Shown in pieces: positions 25,101-37,300 of a stretch of DNA of 58,704 nucleotides. This DNA comes from Malacoraja senta. Lineage: Eukaryota. The DNA lies in assembly GCA_038087875.1 (NCBI GenBank), contig JAXLNO010000496.1, positions 186,001 through 244,704 of the forward strand. Reading direction: 5' to 3'. The translations under genes were made by a program, and so were the position numbers. Under the pieces are notes generated by a model that saw nothing but the letters and a program-made list of their open reading frames with translations, searched no databases and had not been told where the DNA came from. How positions within the stretch are numbered: the first letter of the stretch is position 1; the number at the start of each line of letters is the position of its first letter.

Positions 25101-27304
25101 AGAAATGCGTGCAACAAAGGCAAAACAGTTATAATGGGTGACTTCAATCTACATATAGATTGGGTGAATCAAATTGGCAGGGGTGCTGAGGAAGAGGATT
25201 TCTTGGAATGTATGCGGGATAGTTATCTAAACCAACATGTAGAGGCACCAACGAGAGAGCAGGCTATTCTAGACTGGGTATTGAGTAATGAGGAAGGGTT
25301 AGTTAGCAGTCTTGTTGTGCGTGCCCCCTTGGGCAAGAGTGACCATAATATGGTTGAGTTCTTCATTAGGATGGAGAGTGACATTGTTAATTCAGAAACA
25401 ACGGTTCTGAACTTAAAGAAAGGTAACTTTGAGGGTATGAGACGTGAATTGGCCAAGTTTGACGGGCAATTAGTTCTAAAAGGGTTGACGGTGGATATGC
25501 AATGGAAGCCATTTAAAGACTGCATGGATGAACTGCAAAATATGTTCATCCCAGTTTGGCAAAAGAATAAATCAGGGAAGGTAGTGCATCCGTGGATAAC
25601 AAGGGAAATCAGGGATAGTATCAAAGCAAAAGATGATGCGTACAAATTAGCCAGAATAAGCAGCATACCAGAGGACTGGGAGAAATTCAGAGACCAGCAG
25701 AGGAGGACAAAGGGCTTAATTAGGAAAGGGAAAATAGATTATGAAAGGAAACTGGCAGGGAACATAAAAACTGACTGCAAAAGTTTTTATAGATATGTGA
25801 AGAGAAAGAGATTAGTTAAAACAAATGTACGTCCCTTGCAGTCAGAAACAGGTGAATTGATCATGGGGAACAAGGATATGGCGGACCAATTGAATAACTA
25901 CTTTGGTTCCGTCTTCACCAAGGAAGACATAAATAATCTGCCGGAAATAGCAGGGGGCCGCGGGTCAAAGGAGATGGAGGAACTGAGTGAAATCCAGGTT
26001 AGACGGGAAGTGGTGTTGGGTAAATTGAATGGATTAAAGGCCGATAAATCACCAGGGCCTGATAGGCTGCATCCCAGAGTACTTAAGGAAGTAGCTCCAG
26101 AAATAGTGGATGCATTAGTGATAATTTTTCAAAACTCTTTAGATTCTGGAATAGTTCCTTAGGATTGGAGGGTAGCAAACGTAACCCCACTTTTTAAGAA
26201 GGGAGGGAGAGAGAAATCGGGGAATTACAGACGTTAGTCTAACATCGGTTGTGGGGAAACTGCTAGAGTCAGTTATTAAAGATGGGATAGCAGCACATTT
26301 GGAAAGTGGTGAAATCATTGGACAAAGTCAGCATGGATTTACGAAAGGTAAATCGTGTCTGACGAATCTTATAGAATTTTTCGAGGATGTAACTAGTAGA
26401 GTGGATAGGGGAGAACCAGTGGATGTGTTGTATCTGGACTTTCAGAAGGCTTTCGACAAGGTACCACATAAGAGATTAGGATACAAACTTAAATCACACG
26501 GTATTGGGGGTTCAGTATTGATGTGGATAGAGAACTGGCTGGCAAACAGGAAGCAAAGAGTAGGAGTAAACGGGTCCTTTTCACAATGGCAGGCAGTGAC
26601 TAGTGGGGTACCGCAAGGCTCAGTGCTGGGACCCCAGCTATTTACAATTTATATTAATTATCTGGACGAGGGAATTGAAAGCAACATCTCCAAGTTTGCG
26701 GATGACACTAAGCTGGGGGGCAGTGTTAGCTGTGAGGAGGATGCTAGGAGACTGCAATGTGACTTGGATAGGCTGGGTGAGTGGGCAAATGTTTGGCAGA
26801 TGCAGTATAATGTGGATAAATGTGAGGTTATCCACTTTGGTGCCAAAAACGGGAAGGCAGACTATTATCTAAATGGTGGCCGATTAGGAAATGGGGAGAT
26901 TGCGAGAGACCTGGGTGTCATGGTACACCAGTCATTGAAAGTAGGCATGCAGGTGCAGCAAGCAGTGAAGAAAGCGAATGGTATGTTGGCCTTCATAGCA
27001 AGAGGATTTGAGTATCAGAGCAGGGAGGTTCTACTGCAGTTGTACAGGGTCTTGGTGAGACCATACCTGGAGTATTGCGTAAAGTTTTGGTCTCCAAATC
27101 TGAGGAAGGACATTATAGCCATAGAGGGAGTGCAGAGAAGGTTCACCAGACTGATTCCTGGGATGTCAGGACTTTCATGTGAAGAAAGACTGGATAGACG
27201 GCTTATACTCGCTAGAATTTAGGAGATTGAGAGGGGATCTTATAGAAACGTACAAAATTCTTATGGGGTTGGACAGGCTAGGTGCAGGAAGATTGTTCCC
27301 GATG
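22194..27304. repeat. Segmental duplication, copy 2
   Basis: See 1-5051; this copy has one extra 63-bp unit and small indels. Confidence 0.95.
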
Positions 27305-27604
27305 TTGGGGAAGTCCAGGACAAGGGGTCACAGCTTAAGGATAAGGGGGAACATTTTCACACAGAGAGTGGTGAATCTCTGGAACTCTCTGCCACAGAGG
27401 GTAGTTGAGGCCAGTTCATTGGCTATATTTAAGAGGGTGTTAGAAGCGGCCCTTGTGGCTAAGGGGATCAGGGGGTATGGAGAGAAGGCAGGTACGGGAT
27501 ACTGAGTTGGATGATCAGCCATGATCATATTGAATGGCGGTGCAGGCTCGAAGGGCCGAATGGCCTACTCCTGCACCTATTTTCTATGTATCTATGTATC
27601 TATA
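22979..27604 (+). mobile_element. Full-length chimeric CR1 LINE nested in the DIRS gag region
   Basis: 5'UTR, ORF1 23206-24420, ORF2 ~24730-27505 with stops and frameshifts, tail ttctatgtatctatgtatct. Confidence 0.95.
23206..24420 (+). CDS. CR1 ORF1 (zinc finger + SGNH esterase) with a 5x21-aa repeat
   Basis: GDSIVRG, HIGTND, DGLHL; 63-bp units at 23207-23521. Confidence 0.85.
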   Translation: MYYIQGKGSMRARAVYCSGCQMYCIQGKGSMRARAVYCSGCQMYCIQGKGSMRARAVYCSGCQMYYIQGKGSMRARAVYCSGCQMYCIQGKGSMRARAVCCSGCQMWEVMESDSPPDVHICARCIEMGLLMDRIRNLEQQLDDLRLVRESEEVIERSYRDVVTPTPQEAGKWITVGRGKGHRQGLESTPVTVHLDNKYSCLSTVGVDSLPGGSDSGRASGIETGPVAQKGKEKKRWAILIGDSIVRGSDRRFCGRSRETRMVVCLPGARVCDVSQRVQDILKGQGEEPEVVVHIGTNDIGKKREEVLKGEFRELGGELKRRTAKVTISGLLHVPRDSESRNGARWRINAWLKDWCRRQGFKFLDHWDLFCGRFDLYKKDGLHLNLRGTDILAGRSAKATGETLN

Positions 27605-27707
27605 TGCCTTGCCGGAGGGAAAACCTCTCGGCACCAGGGTTGACCGTTCTGGTCTGTTTAACCCCTATCCTGGGGACCCCTTCGTCTGGGAGCCGCATTA
27701 CTAATGG

Positions 27708-28009
27708 ATGTCCCCTACCCGGGAACCCCAGCATGTATATTTATATCGGAGGGAAACCTCCCGACTGGTCTGCTGTATGTCCCCTACCCGGGAACCCCAG
27801 CATGTATATTTATATCGGAGGGAAACCTCCCGACTGGTCTGCTGTATGTCCCCTACCCGGGAACCCCAGCATGTATATTTATATCGTAGGGCAACCTCCC
27901 GACCGGTCTGCTGTATGTCCCCTACCCGGGAACCCCAGCATGTATATTTATATCGGAGGGGAAACCTCCCGACAGGTCTGCTGTATGTCCCCTACCCGGG
28001 AACCCCAGC
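27708..28009. repeat. 69-bp tandem repeat (~4.3 units) in the DIRS 5'/gag region
   Basis: Unit atgtcccctacccgggaaccccagcatgtatatttatatcggagggaaacctcccgactggtctgctgt at 27708, 27777, 27846, 27915 and (partial) 27985. Confidence 0.95.
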
Positions 28010-29002
28010 GTCTGGCAGTCACTGACGGTCTTATCAGTGACTGCGATCGCGAGACAAGACATCCGCGGGCGGACCTGGGTTGTCCCATAGCCATAGCTGG
28101 TTCACGCGTCGGTCCTCGCGAATCACCCGGCAGAAAGCCTCTGGAACAAGAGGTTCCTGCAAGGAAACAAAACAGGTAAGAAATACAACCTTACCTGAAG
28201 TTTAAACTTACCGCGCTGGAGGCGTTCTGCTGCTCCAATGCGTCTGACGTAATGACGCAGGTGCGGCTGTACGGGATTCTTCACGTAGTCACTCACGTGA
28301 CTCTGAAGTAAAATTGACTGCTGTGTATGCATGCCAGCTTTGGCTGTCAAATGAAGGATTCAGGGTCCCTTCGTATGGTCTCATTGCAGGTATAGACACT
28401 TGATTTGTCATTGTTCCTTCAAAATGGATTACGAAACATTTCCCACATTATACTTGTCTGCTACTTCATACCCCTCATAATTTACCCATGACCCTTTTCA
28501 GCACCTGGTATCGTCCTCACAATTTGCTAACCCAATTATCTTTGCATCAACAATTTTGACTGTAGTACTTCAGATCCCTTCATCCGTGTCATTAATGTAA
28601 TTGTAAGTGTTAGAGTTCCATCACTGATCCATATGACATTGAACTGGTTACTAAATCCTAATCCAGAAGTGAGCATCATGCCAATGATGTCGGCTGCCTT
28701 GTAATGGCCGTATCGAACGGCTTGTGAATTGTTGCAGCTGCAGTCATCCAGGCAAGTTGAGTGCTTGTCATCAGATTCCTGACGTGTGTTTGTGCAGATG
28801 ATGGAAACGTCTTGGATGTGAGGCAGAGAGGCCCTCATTACAGGATACCCTGCTTTTGATCTCATGTTGCCGTTTCTATTCAATGTTAACATACATGATA
28901 TTGATGGTGGGCAGCTTCGTGATGGCAGTGCCAATGAATGTCACATGATTGTGATTTGACTCCAGTGTACGAGTTGGTCATTGAGGAGTGAATGTAACTC
29001 AC

Positions 29003-29148
29003 TGAAAATTGTGTCTAGATATTGTTGTGCTCTGGATTCATTATTGAGGACACACAGGTTGTTCCATCCCACATTTCCCGCATGCTACTACTGGTGGGTC
29101 TGTGGTACGAGCTCCCGGAGGACATCACAGGGCCAGAGATGGAGGAGA
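29003..29148 (-). pseudogene. Candidate decayed host exon
   Basis: Acceptor ccaccaactacag|TCTCC; donor CA|gtgagttacattcac matches the donor context at 7375 (gtgagctacattcac); frame VSSISGPVMSS... with one TAG. Confidence 0.5.
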
Positions 29149-29639
29149 CTGTAGTTGGTGGAATGTGAAACAAAAATCAGGAATAAATTCACGTCAAACA
29201 GCATATGTGGAGACAAAGGGTTAAATGTTACATTTCCAGGCGGTCCTCTGTCTAAGGATTGGGGAAGAGTAGGTATGACCAGTGTACAGCTGTGTGGGGA
29301 AGGAGGAAGTGGGACAGAGTCGGGTTGGTGACAGGTGTAACCTGACGGAGAGGAGAAGATGGGCGGTTTTAACTTGGTGGAGGTGAGTGTTGGAGGGGTG
29401 GGGGGAAGGGAAAATAAAAGATGCTTTGAATTTTCCAATGTCAGATATCCACCCCACTTCCTTCTTCTCCCACCTACACTCTTGTCCAAACTGTTTTCTC
29501 CTCCCATTTGTTACCTTTCCCATCCCATCTGCCCACTTGGCAGCAAGTGTCCGCCCCCTCCCCGCTGGTTACACTTGACACTTGTCCAGCCTCTGTCCCA
29601 CCATGCTTATTCTTCAATCTTCACCCTCCCCACTTTCAC

Positions 29640-30022
29640 CTCTGTTTAGTGGCAAACTTTTATCATTCCACCGTCAGCATTGCACCTTTTGCTTCCACGG
29701 ACGTTGCTTGCTCGCACAATTCTTCTGGAAATGAGCTTTTGTTCTTTACATCATTAACTGTGCCAGAGCTAAGTTGCGTATTTTGGGTTGTCCTGAATTA
29801 TTTTGAGCGAATATTTTGTGATTTGAATAAATATATAACTTGATAGGCTTTGGCTATTGAATTTATTGTTATGACTAATGTGTCCAACTGAGAATGTGAT
29901 GCAGAAAAGTCATCTCCTCCACCAGCTGTGCTTTGGCATTGTATCTGTTTAAAACGATACTGCACAGCATTGACATCCATAAAGTTGGAACTAACACTTG
30001 GTTCATGGAATTCTTGAAATAC
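29640..30022 (-). pseudogene. Candidate decayed host exon
   Basis: Acceptor cttttactctaccag|GTATT; donor CAGAG|gtgaaa; long frame VFQEFHEPSVSSNFMDV... with stops. Confidence 0.5.
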
Positions 30023-30137
30023 CTGGTAGAGTAAAAGTTAATTTCAGAATTTTATTTCACAGTTACAAAATGGCGGAATGTTCAGGGTAATTATTCATGG
30101 TAAAATTGGGGAAATCTGATGCAGAGCTAGTTATTAC

Positions 30138-30414
30138 CGTTCTCAGTTATATTTGGTGAACCACATCCTCTGTTGCCAGAGCAACAACCTTTCTGACCTG
30201 TACGGAGTGTTGCACATTTTTAACGCTCTCTGGTCACTGCTCCTGAGCTGAGAGTGAGCAGATGCAGCAGAATGATAGTTGGATGAAATGTTACTTTGAG
30301 GATTTGGTGCACGGAATGCATTTTGTACCACATTTGAAATAAAACGTGAACTAACGAGTTGGGACGGTCGGGTACGTGAGTGGATGTACGTTATTTGCAC
30401 ACATCCATTGACCA
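30138..30414 (-). pseudogene. Candidate decayed host exon, paralogous to 8020-8361
   Basis: Acceptor catgtcatcttacag|TGGTC; donor ACG|gtaata; frame VNGCVQITYIHS... with a frameshift. Confidence 0.55.
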
Positions 30415-30959
30415 CTGTAAGATGACATGTGGATTTTGCAACCAGTATTTTATTTGGGGGCGGGACATGAACATTTTTTTTAAAGCTGCATAAAATCAGA
30501 AAAGAGAAAAGAGAATATGCTAAATTTACAAAAAAAACGCATCAAGTTGGGCAGCATCTGAGTTCCAATTCAGATAATGGACATTCCACTATTGCACTTT
30601 CCACTGTTCTCAGTAGTTTCTATTTTGTTATCAATAAAGTTAATATGCAGTTAATATATCTCGGTATGAAAAAAATGGCATTCATTTGTATTTGACCAGA
30701 TCCCACAACGATAAGATAACTAAATGTACTCAATTAGATGCGATGTGATTGTAGAAAGGTAGAGGGAGATCACCTGTCGACAGTTGAGTGAGCTTGGGAG
30801 AAGAAATATGTTATATAGAATTGATAATAGAGAATGTCTGCAGGTTAGTATAGGACAATCCCTGGTACTTGAGGATGATACAGTTGGACAGCTGAGTGCT
30901 GAGAGGAACAGATGTTTGGCGAACAGTTCAATAGTTCAATAGCATCTGCCCAGTGACAT

Positions 30960-31603
30960 TATTTTAGCATGCAGGCTTCGCCATTTCCAAAGTCCAAAGC
31001 CGGGCCGCCCGCGAGATCGATATGCTGTAGCAGTTCCTGTGAACCATCGTCCCTCTCGTCTCCTCGCACGGCCATCTTTCTGGCCCGGGAGGCGCCTCCT
31101 GCACCTACCTGGAAGGCACCGGAGACAATACCCCAGTTCACCCTCCAACCCAGCCCACTCCTCACACCTGACGTCTCTAGCTCCCTCCCGGTAACGCAGT
31201 CCGATGAACCTTTGGGCAGGTTTGGGCAGCGTCCTGTAGAGATGAGACGGATGATTCTCCTGTGAAGTGGGACTGGTGGTGGTACTGCAGACATCACCTG
31301 GCATCATGGTGACCCTGCAGAGTGCAGGCCTGGGATGTAATCCTTCTATTCTGGAATGGGAACTCCAGGGATGTGGTCGAATGTGCCAAGGGAGCAGTGG
31401 GTGCTACAGTTTCCAGCAGAGTTGGGACGTTTGTAGTTGACCCATGAAATGGTTTCTTCCCCGTTCCAGCTAGTGGGGAATTTGGCAATGGGTAACATGG
31501 AGGTGTGGAAACCTTTGTCCTGGATGGCAGGGTTATGGTAAGAATAGGGCCATCAGAGTGTGACAGTAATTCCCCATCAGTGGGTATTTTTACTCTTTCT
31601 CTC
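30960..31603 (-). pseudogene. Candidate decayed host exon (Pro/Ser/Thr-rich) abutting the CR1 tail
   Basis: Unique GC-richer sequence with a long frame RERVKIPTDGELL...; boundaries uncertain. Confidence 0.35.
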
Positions 31604-31609
31604 TGAATT

Positions 31610-34333
31610 GAAACATAGAAACATAGAAAATAGGTGCAGGAGTAGGTCATTCGGCCCTTCGAGCCTGCACCGCCATTCAATATGATCATGGCTGATCATC
31701 CAACGCAGTATCCCGTACCTGCCTTCTCTCCATATCCCCTGATCCCCTTAGCCACAAGGGCCACATATAACTCCCTCTTAAATATAGCCAATGAACTGGC
31801 CTCAACTACCCTCTGTGGCAGAGAGTTCCAGAGATTCACCACTCTGTGCGAAAAAGTTTTTCCTCCTCTCGGTCTTAAAGCATTTCCCCCTTATCCTTAA
31901 GCTGTGACCCCTTGTCCTGGACTTCCCCAACATCGGGAACAATCTTCCTGCATCTAGCCTGTCCAACCGCATAAGAATTTTGTACGTTTCTATAAGATCC
32001 CCTCTCAATCTCCTAAATTCTAGCGAGTATAAGCCAAGTCTATCCAGTCTTTCTTCATATGAAAGTCCTGACATCCCAGGAATCAGTCTGGTGAACCTTC
32101 TCTGCACTCCCTCTATGGCTATAATGTCCTTCCTCAGATTTGGAGACCAAAACTGTACGCAATACTCCACGTGTGGGCTCACAAAGACCCTGTACAACTG
32201 CAGTAGAACCTCCCTGCTCCTATACTCAAATCCTCTTGCTATGAAGGCCAACATGCCATTCGCTTTCTTCACTGCCTGCTGCACCTGCATGCCTACTTTC
32301 AATGACTGGTGTACCATGACACCCAGGTCTCGCTGCATCTCCCCATTTCCTAATCGGCTACCATTTAGATAATAGTCTGCCTTCCCGTTTTTGCCACCAA
32401 AGTGGATAACCTCACATTTATCCACATTATACTGCATCTGCCAAACATTTGCCCACTCACCCAGCCTATCCAAGTCACCTTGCATCCTCCTCACAGCTAA
32501 CACTGCCCCCCAGCTTAGTGTCATCCGCAAACTTGGAGATGTTGCTTTCAATTCCCTCATCCAGCTCATTAATATAAATTGTAAATAGCTGGGGTCCCAG
32601 CACCGAGCCTTGCGGTACCCCACTAGTCACTGCCTGCCATTGTGAAAAGGACCCGTTTACTCCTACTCTTTGCTTCCTGTTTGCCAGCCAGTTCTCTATC
32701 CACATCAATACTGAACCCCCAATACCGTGTGATTTAAGTTTGTATCCTAATCTCTTATGTGGTACCTTGTCGAAAGCCTTCTGAAAGTCCAGATACAACA
32801 CATCCACTGGTTCTCCCCTATCCACTCTACTAGTTACATCCTCGAAAAATTCTATAAGATTCGTCAGACACGATTTACCTTTCGTAAATCCATGCTGACT
32901 TTGTCCAATGATTTCACCACTTTCCAAATGTGCTGCTATCCCATCTTTAATAACTGACTCTAGCAGTTTCCCCACTACCGATGTTAGACTAACTGGTCTG
33001 TAATTCCCCGTTTTCTCTCTCCCTCCCTTCTTAAAAAGTGGGGTTACGTTTGCTACCCTCCAATCGTCAGGAACTACTCCAGAATCTAAAGAGTTTTGAA
33101 AAATTATCACTAATGCATCCACTATTTCTGGAGCTACTTCCTTAAGTAATCTGGGATGCAGCCTATCTGGCCCTGGTGATTTATCGGCCTTTAATCCATT
33201 CAATTTACCCAACACCACTTCCCGACTAACCTGGATTTCACTCAGTTCCTCCATCTCCTTTGACCCGCGGCCCCCTGCTATTTCCGGCAGATTATTTATG
33301 TCTTCCTTAGTGAAGATGGAACCAAAGTAGTTATTCAATTGGTCCGCCATATCCTTGTTCCCCATGATCAATTCACCTGTTTCTGACTGCAAGGGACCTA
33401 CATTTGTTTTAACTAATCTCTTTCTCTTCACATATCTATAAAAACTTTTGCAGTCAGTTTTTATGTTCCCTGCCAGTTTCCTTTAATAATCTATTTTCCC
33501 TTTCCTAATTAAGCCCTTTGTCCTCCTCTGCTGGTCTCTGGATTTCTCCCCGTCCTCTGGTATGCTGCTTTTTCTGGCTAATTTGTACGCATCATCTTTT
33601 GCTTTGATACTATCCCTGATTTCCCTTGTTATCCACAGATGCACTACCTTCCCTGATTTATTCTTTTGCCAAACTGGGATGAACAATTTTTGTGTTCATC
33701 CATGCAGTCTTTAAATGCCTTCCATTGCATATCCACCGTCAACCCTTTTAGAACTATTTGCCAGTCAATCTTGGCCAATTCACGTCTCATACCCTCAATG
33801 TTACCTTTCTTTAAGTTCAGAACCGTTGTTTCTGAATTAACAATGTCACTCTCCATCCTAATGAAGAACTCAACCATATTATGGTCACTCTTGCCCAAGG
33901 GGGCACGCACAACAAGACTGCTAACTAACCCTTCATCATTACTCAATACCCAGTCTAGAATAGCCTGCTCTCTCATTGGTTCCTCTACATGTTGGTTTAG
34001 ATAACTATCCCACATACATTCCAAGAAATCCTCTTCCTCAGCACCCCTGCCAATTTGATTCACCCAATCTATATGTAGATTGAAGTCACCCATTATAACT
34101 GTTTTGCTTTGTTGCACGCATTTCTAATTTCCTGTTTGATGCCATCCCCAACTTCACTACTACTGCTAGGTGGCCTGTACACAACACCCACCGGCGTTTT
34201 CTGCCCTTAGTGTTTTGCAGCTCTACCCATACCGATTCCACATCCTCCAAGCTAATGTCCTTCCTTTCCACTGCGTTAATCTCCTCTCGAACCAGCAACG
34301 CTACCCCACCTCCTTTTCCTTTCTCTCTATCCC
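31610..34333 (-). mobile_element. 5'-truncated A-type CR1 (APE-RT to tail)
   Basis: Tail gaaacatagaaacatag at 31610; ORF2 fragments very similar to 2640-5050; ends at DREKGKGGGV. Confidence 0.95.
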
Positions 34334-37300
34334 AGGGACCGTTGCAGGAGGTGGAGCAGCATCCGGGTAGTGAGTAGGTTAAAGAGCGCGGGGCTTTACT
34401 TTCCAGACGCCCAGGACCGTTGGCAGGAGGTGGAGCGGCGTCCGGGTGGTGAGTAGTTAAACAGCGCGGGGCTTTACTTTCCAGACGCCCAGGGACCGTT
34501 GCAGGAGGAGCCAAAACTGCAACGTTCCATTCAGGTTTCCTATAAGTGAGGAAGCAACTGAATGGTGGAAGAGGAATAAGAGGAAGCAGCTGATTGGAGT
34601 CGGACCCTGCAGATTTCGTCACCAGTTTGTATTGTATCCAGGGTAAGGCTTTATATTGTATCCAGGGTAAGGCTTTGTATTGTATCCAGGGTAAGGCTTT
34701 ATATTGTATCCAGGGTAAGGGGGGAGAATGAGGGCCAGGGCAGTTTACTGTTCTGGATGTCAGATTTGGGAGGTCATGGAGTCTGATACCCCTCCAGACG
34801 TCCACATCTGTGTCAGTGCGTAGAGATGGTTTCCTAAGGGACCGTGTTAGGAACCTGGAGCAACAGCTCGATGACCTCTGTCTGATCAGGGAGAGTGAGG
34901 TCATAGAAAGGAGTTATAGGGAGGTGGCCACTCCCAAGACACGGGAGGCAGACAAGTGGGTCACGGTTAGGAAGGGCAAGGGGCAGAGGCAGGGACTAGT
35001 GAGTACCCCGGTGGCTGTACACCTAGAAAATAAGTACTCCTGTTTGAGTACTGTTGCGGGGACAGCCTTTCTGGGGGTAGCGACAGAGGCCGGGCCTCCG
35101 GCACAGAGACCGGCGCTATTACTCAGAAGGGTAGGGAAAAGAAGAGGAGGGCAATAGTAATAGGGGACTCTATGGTTAGGGGGTCGGATAGGCAATTCTG
35201 TGGACGCAGTCAGGAGACACGGATGGTAGTGTGCCTCCTGGTACAGGGTCAGGGATGTGTCTGAACGTGTCCAAGAGATCCTGAAATCGGAGGGAGAGGA
35301 GCCTGAGGTTGTGGTACATATAGGTACCAATGACATAGGCAGAAAAAGAGAAGAGGTCCTGAAAGGATAAATTTAGGGAGTTGGGAGGAGAGTTAAGGAG
35401 AACGTCCGCAAAGGTAACAATCTCAGGATTACTACCTGTGCCACGCGACAGTGAGAGCAGGAACGAAAATGAGGTGGAGGATAAATGCGTGGCTGAGGAA
35501 CTGGTGCAGCGAGCAGGGATTCAAATTTCTGGATCATTGGGACCTCTTTTGGGGAAGGTGTGACCTGTACAGAAAGGACGGGTTGCACTTGAACCCGAGG
35601 GGAACCAATATCCTGGCGGGGAGATTTGCAAAGTCTACTGGGGAGACTTTAAACTAGAACGGTTGGGGGGAGGGACTCAAATAGAGAAAGATGATAGAAA
35701 ATGTGGGAGGCAGGAGGCAGAGAAGGGAAGCACTCGGACCCAAAATTTAGGGGAGAAAGAAGAAAAAGATAATAAACAGAGAATAAGTGGTGGTGGGTTT
35801 CTTAAATGTGTATATTTTAATGCTAGGAGCATTGTAAGAAAAGTGGATGAGCTTAGAGTCTGGATTGATACCTGGAAGTATGATGTTGTGGCGATCAGTG
35901 AAACATGGTTGCAGGAGGGCTGTGATTGGAAACTAAATATTCCAGGATTTCGTTGCTTCAGGTGTGATAGAATTGGAGGGGCAAGAGGTGGGGGTGTCGC
36001 ATTGCGTGTCAAGGAAGATATTACAGCAGTGCTTTGGCAGGATAGATTAGAGGGCTCGTCTGGGGAGGCTATTTGGGTGGAGCTGAGAAATGGGAAGGTG
36101 TAGCAACACTTATAGAGGTGTATTATAGACCGCCAAATGGGGAGCGAGAATTGGAAGAGCAAATATGTAAGGAGATAGCAGATATTAGTAGTAAGCACAA
36201 GGTAGTGATTGTGGGAGATTTCAATTTTCCACACATAGACTGGGAAACACATTCTGTAAAAGGGCTGGATGGTTTGGAGTTTGTAAAATGTGTGCAGGAT
36301 AGTTTTTTGCAGCAATCCATAGAGGTGCCTACTAGAGAAGGGGCAGTGCTGGACCTCCTGTTAGGAAATGAGACCGGGCAGGTGGCGGAGGTAAGCGTTG
36401 GGGAGCACTTCGGGTCCAGTGATCACAATACCATTAGTTTCAATATAATTATGGAGAGGGTCAGAACTGGACCTAGGCTTGAGATTTTTGATTGGAGAAA
36501 GGCTAACTTTGAGGAGATGCGAAAGGATTTAAAAGGAGTGAATTGGGACATGTTGTTTTATGGGAAGGAGGTAGAAGAGAAATGGAGGACATTTAAAGGT
36601 GAAATTTTAAGAGTACAGAATCTTTATGTACCTGTTCGGTTGAAAGGAAATAGTAAAAATTGGAAAGAGCCATGGTTTTCAAGGAAAATTGGACACGGTT
36701 CGGAAAAAGAGAGAGATCTACAAAAATTATAGGCAGCATGGAGTAAATGAGGTGCTTGAGGAGTATAAAGAATGTAAAAAGAATATTAAGAAAGAAATTA
36801 GAAAGCTAAAAGAAGATATGAGGTTGCTTTGGCAAGTAAGGTGAAAGTAAATCCAAAGGGTTTCTACAGCTATATTAATAGCAAAAGGATAACAAGGAAT
36901 AAAATTGGTCCATTAGAGAGTCAGAGTGGACAGCTAACTGCAGAGCCAAAAGAGATGGGGGAGATACAGAACAATTTATTTTCTTCGGTATTCACCAAGG
37001 AGAAGGATATGGAATTATGTGAGGTAAGGGAAACAAGCAGAGTAGCAATGGAAACTATGAGATTCAAAGAAGAGGAGGTGCGGACACTTTTAAAAAGATG
37101 AAAACGGATAAGTCTCCAGGTCCTGACAGGATATTCCCGAGGACATGAGGGAAGTTAGTGTAGAAATAGCAGGGGCTATGACAGAATATTTCAAATGTCA
37201 TTAGAAACGGGAATAGTGCCGGAGGATTGGCGTACTGCGCATGTTGTTCCGTTGTTTAAAAAGGGTTCTAAGAGTAAACCTATGCAATTATAGACCTGTT

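Larger units (their letters stand above)
19500..28314 (-). mobile_element. Degraded DIRS1-like tyrosine-recombinase retrotransposon, interrupted by CR1
   Basis: Terminus ttcacgtagtcactcacgtgactctgaagtaaaat (28280-28314) matches the DIRS terminus at 48474-48508; YR remnant SHSTRAATTAAA (19532-19867). The left boundary is approximate. Confidence 0.8.

Noticed and set aside
27511..28179. 222-aa ORF with repeats
   Set aside because: It spans a CR1 tail and the antisense strand of the DIRS 69-bp repeat, and is open only because the repeat lacks stops.
34086..34904. 272-aa ORF as a novel fusion gene
   Set aside because: It is antisense 5'UTR repeats read into a frameshifted endonuclease fragment across the head-to-head junction; most likely incidental.
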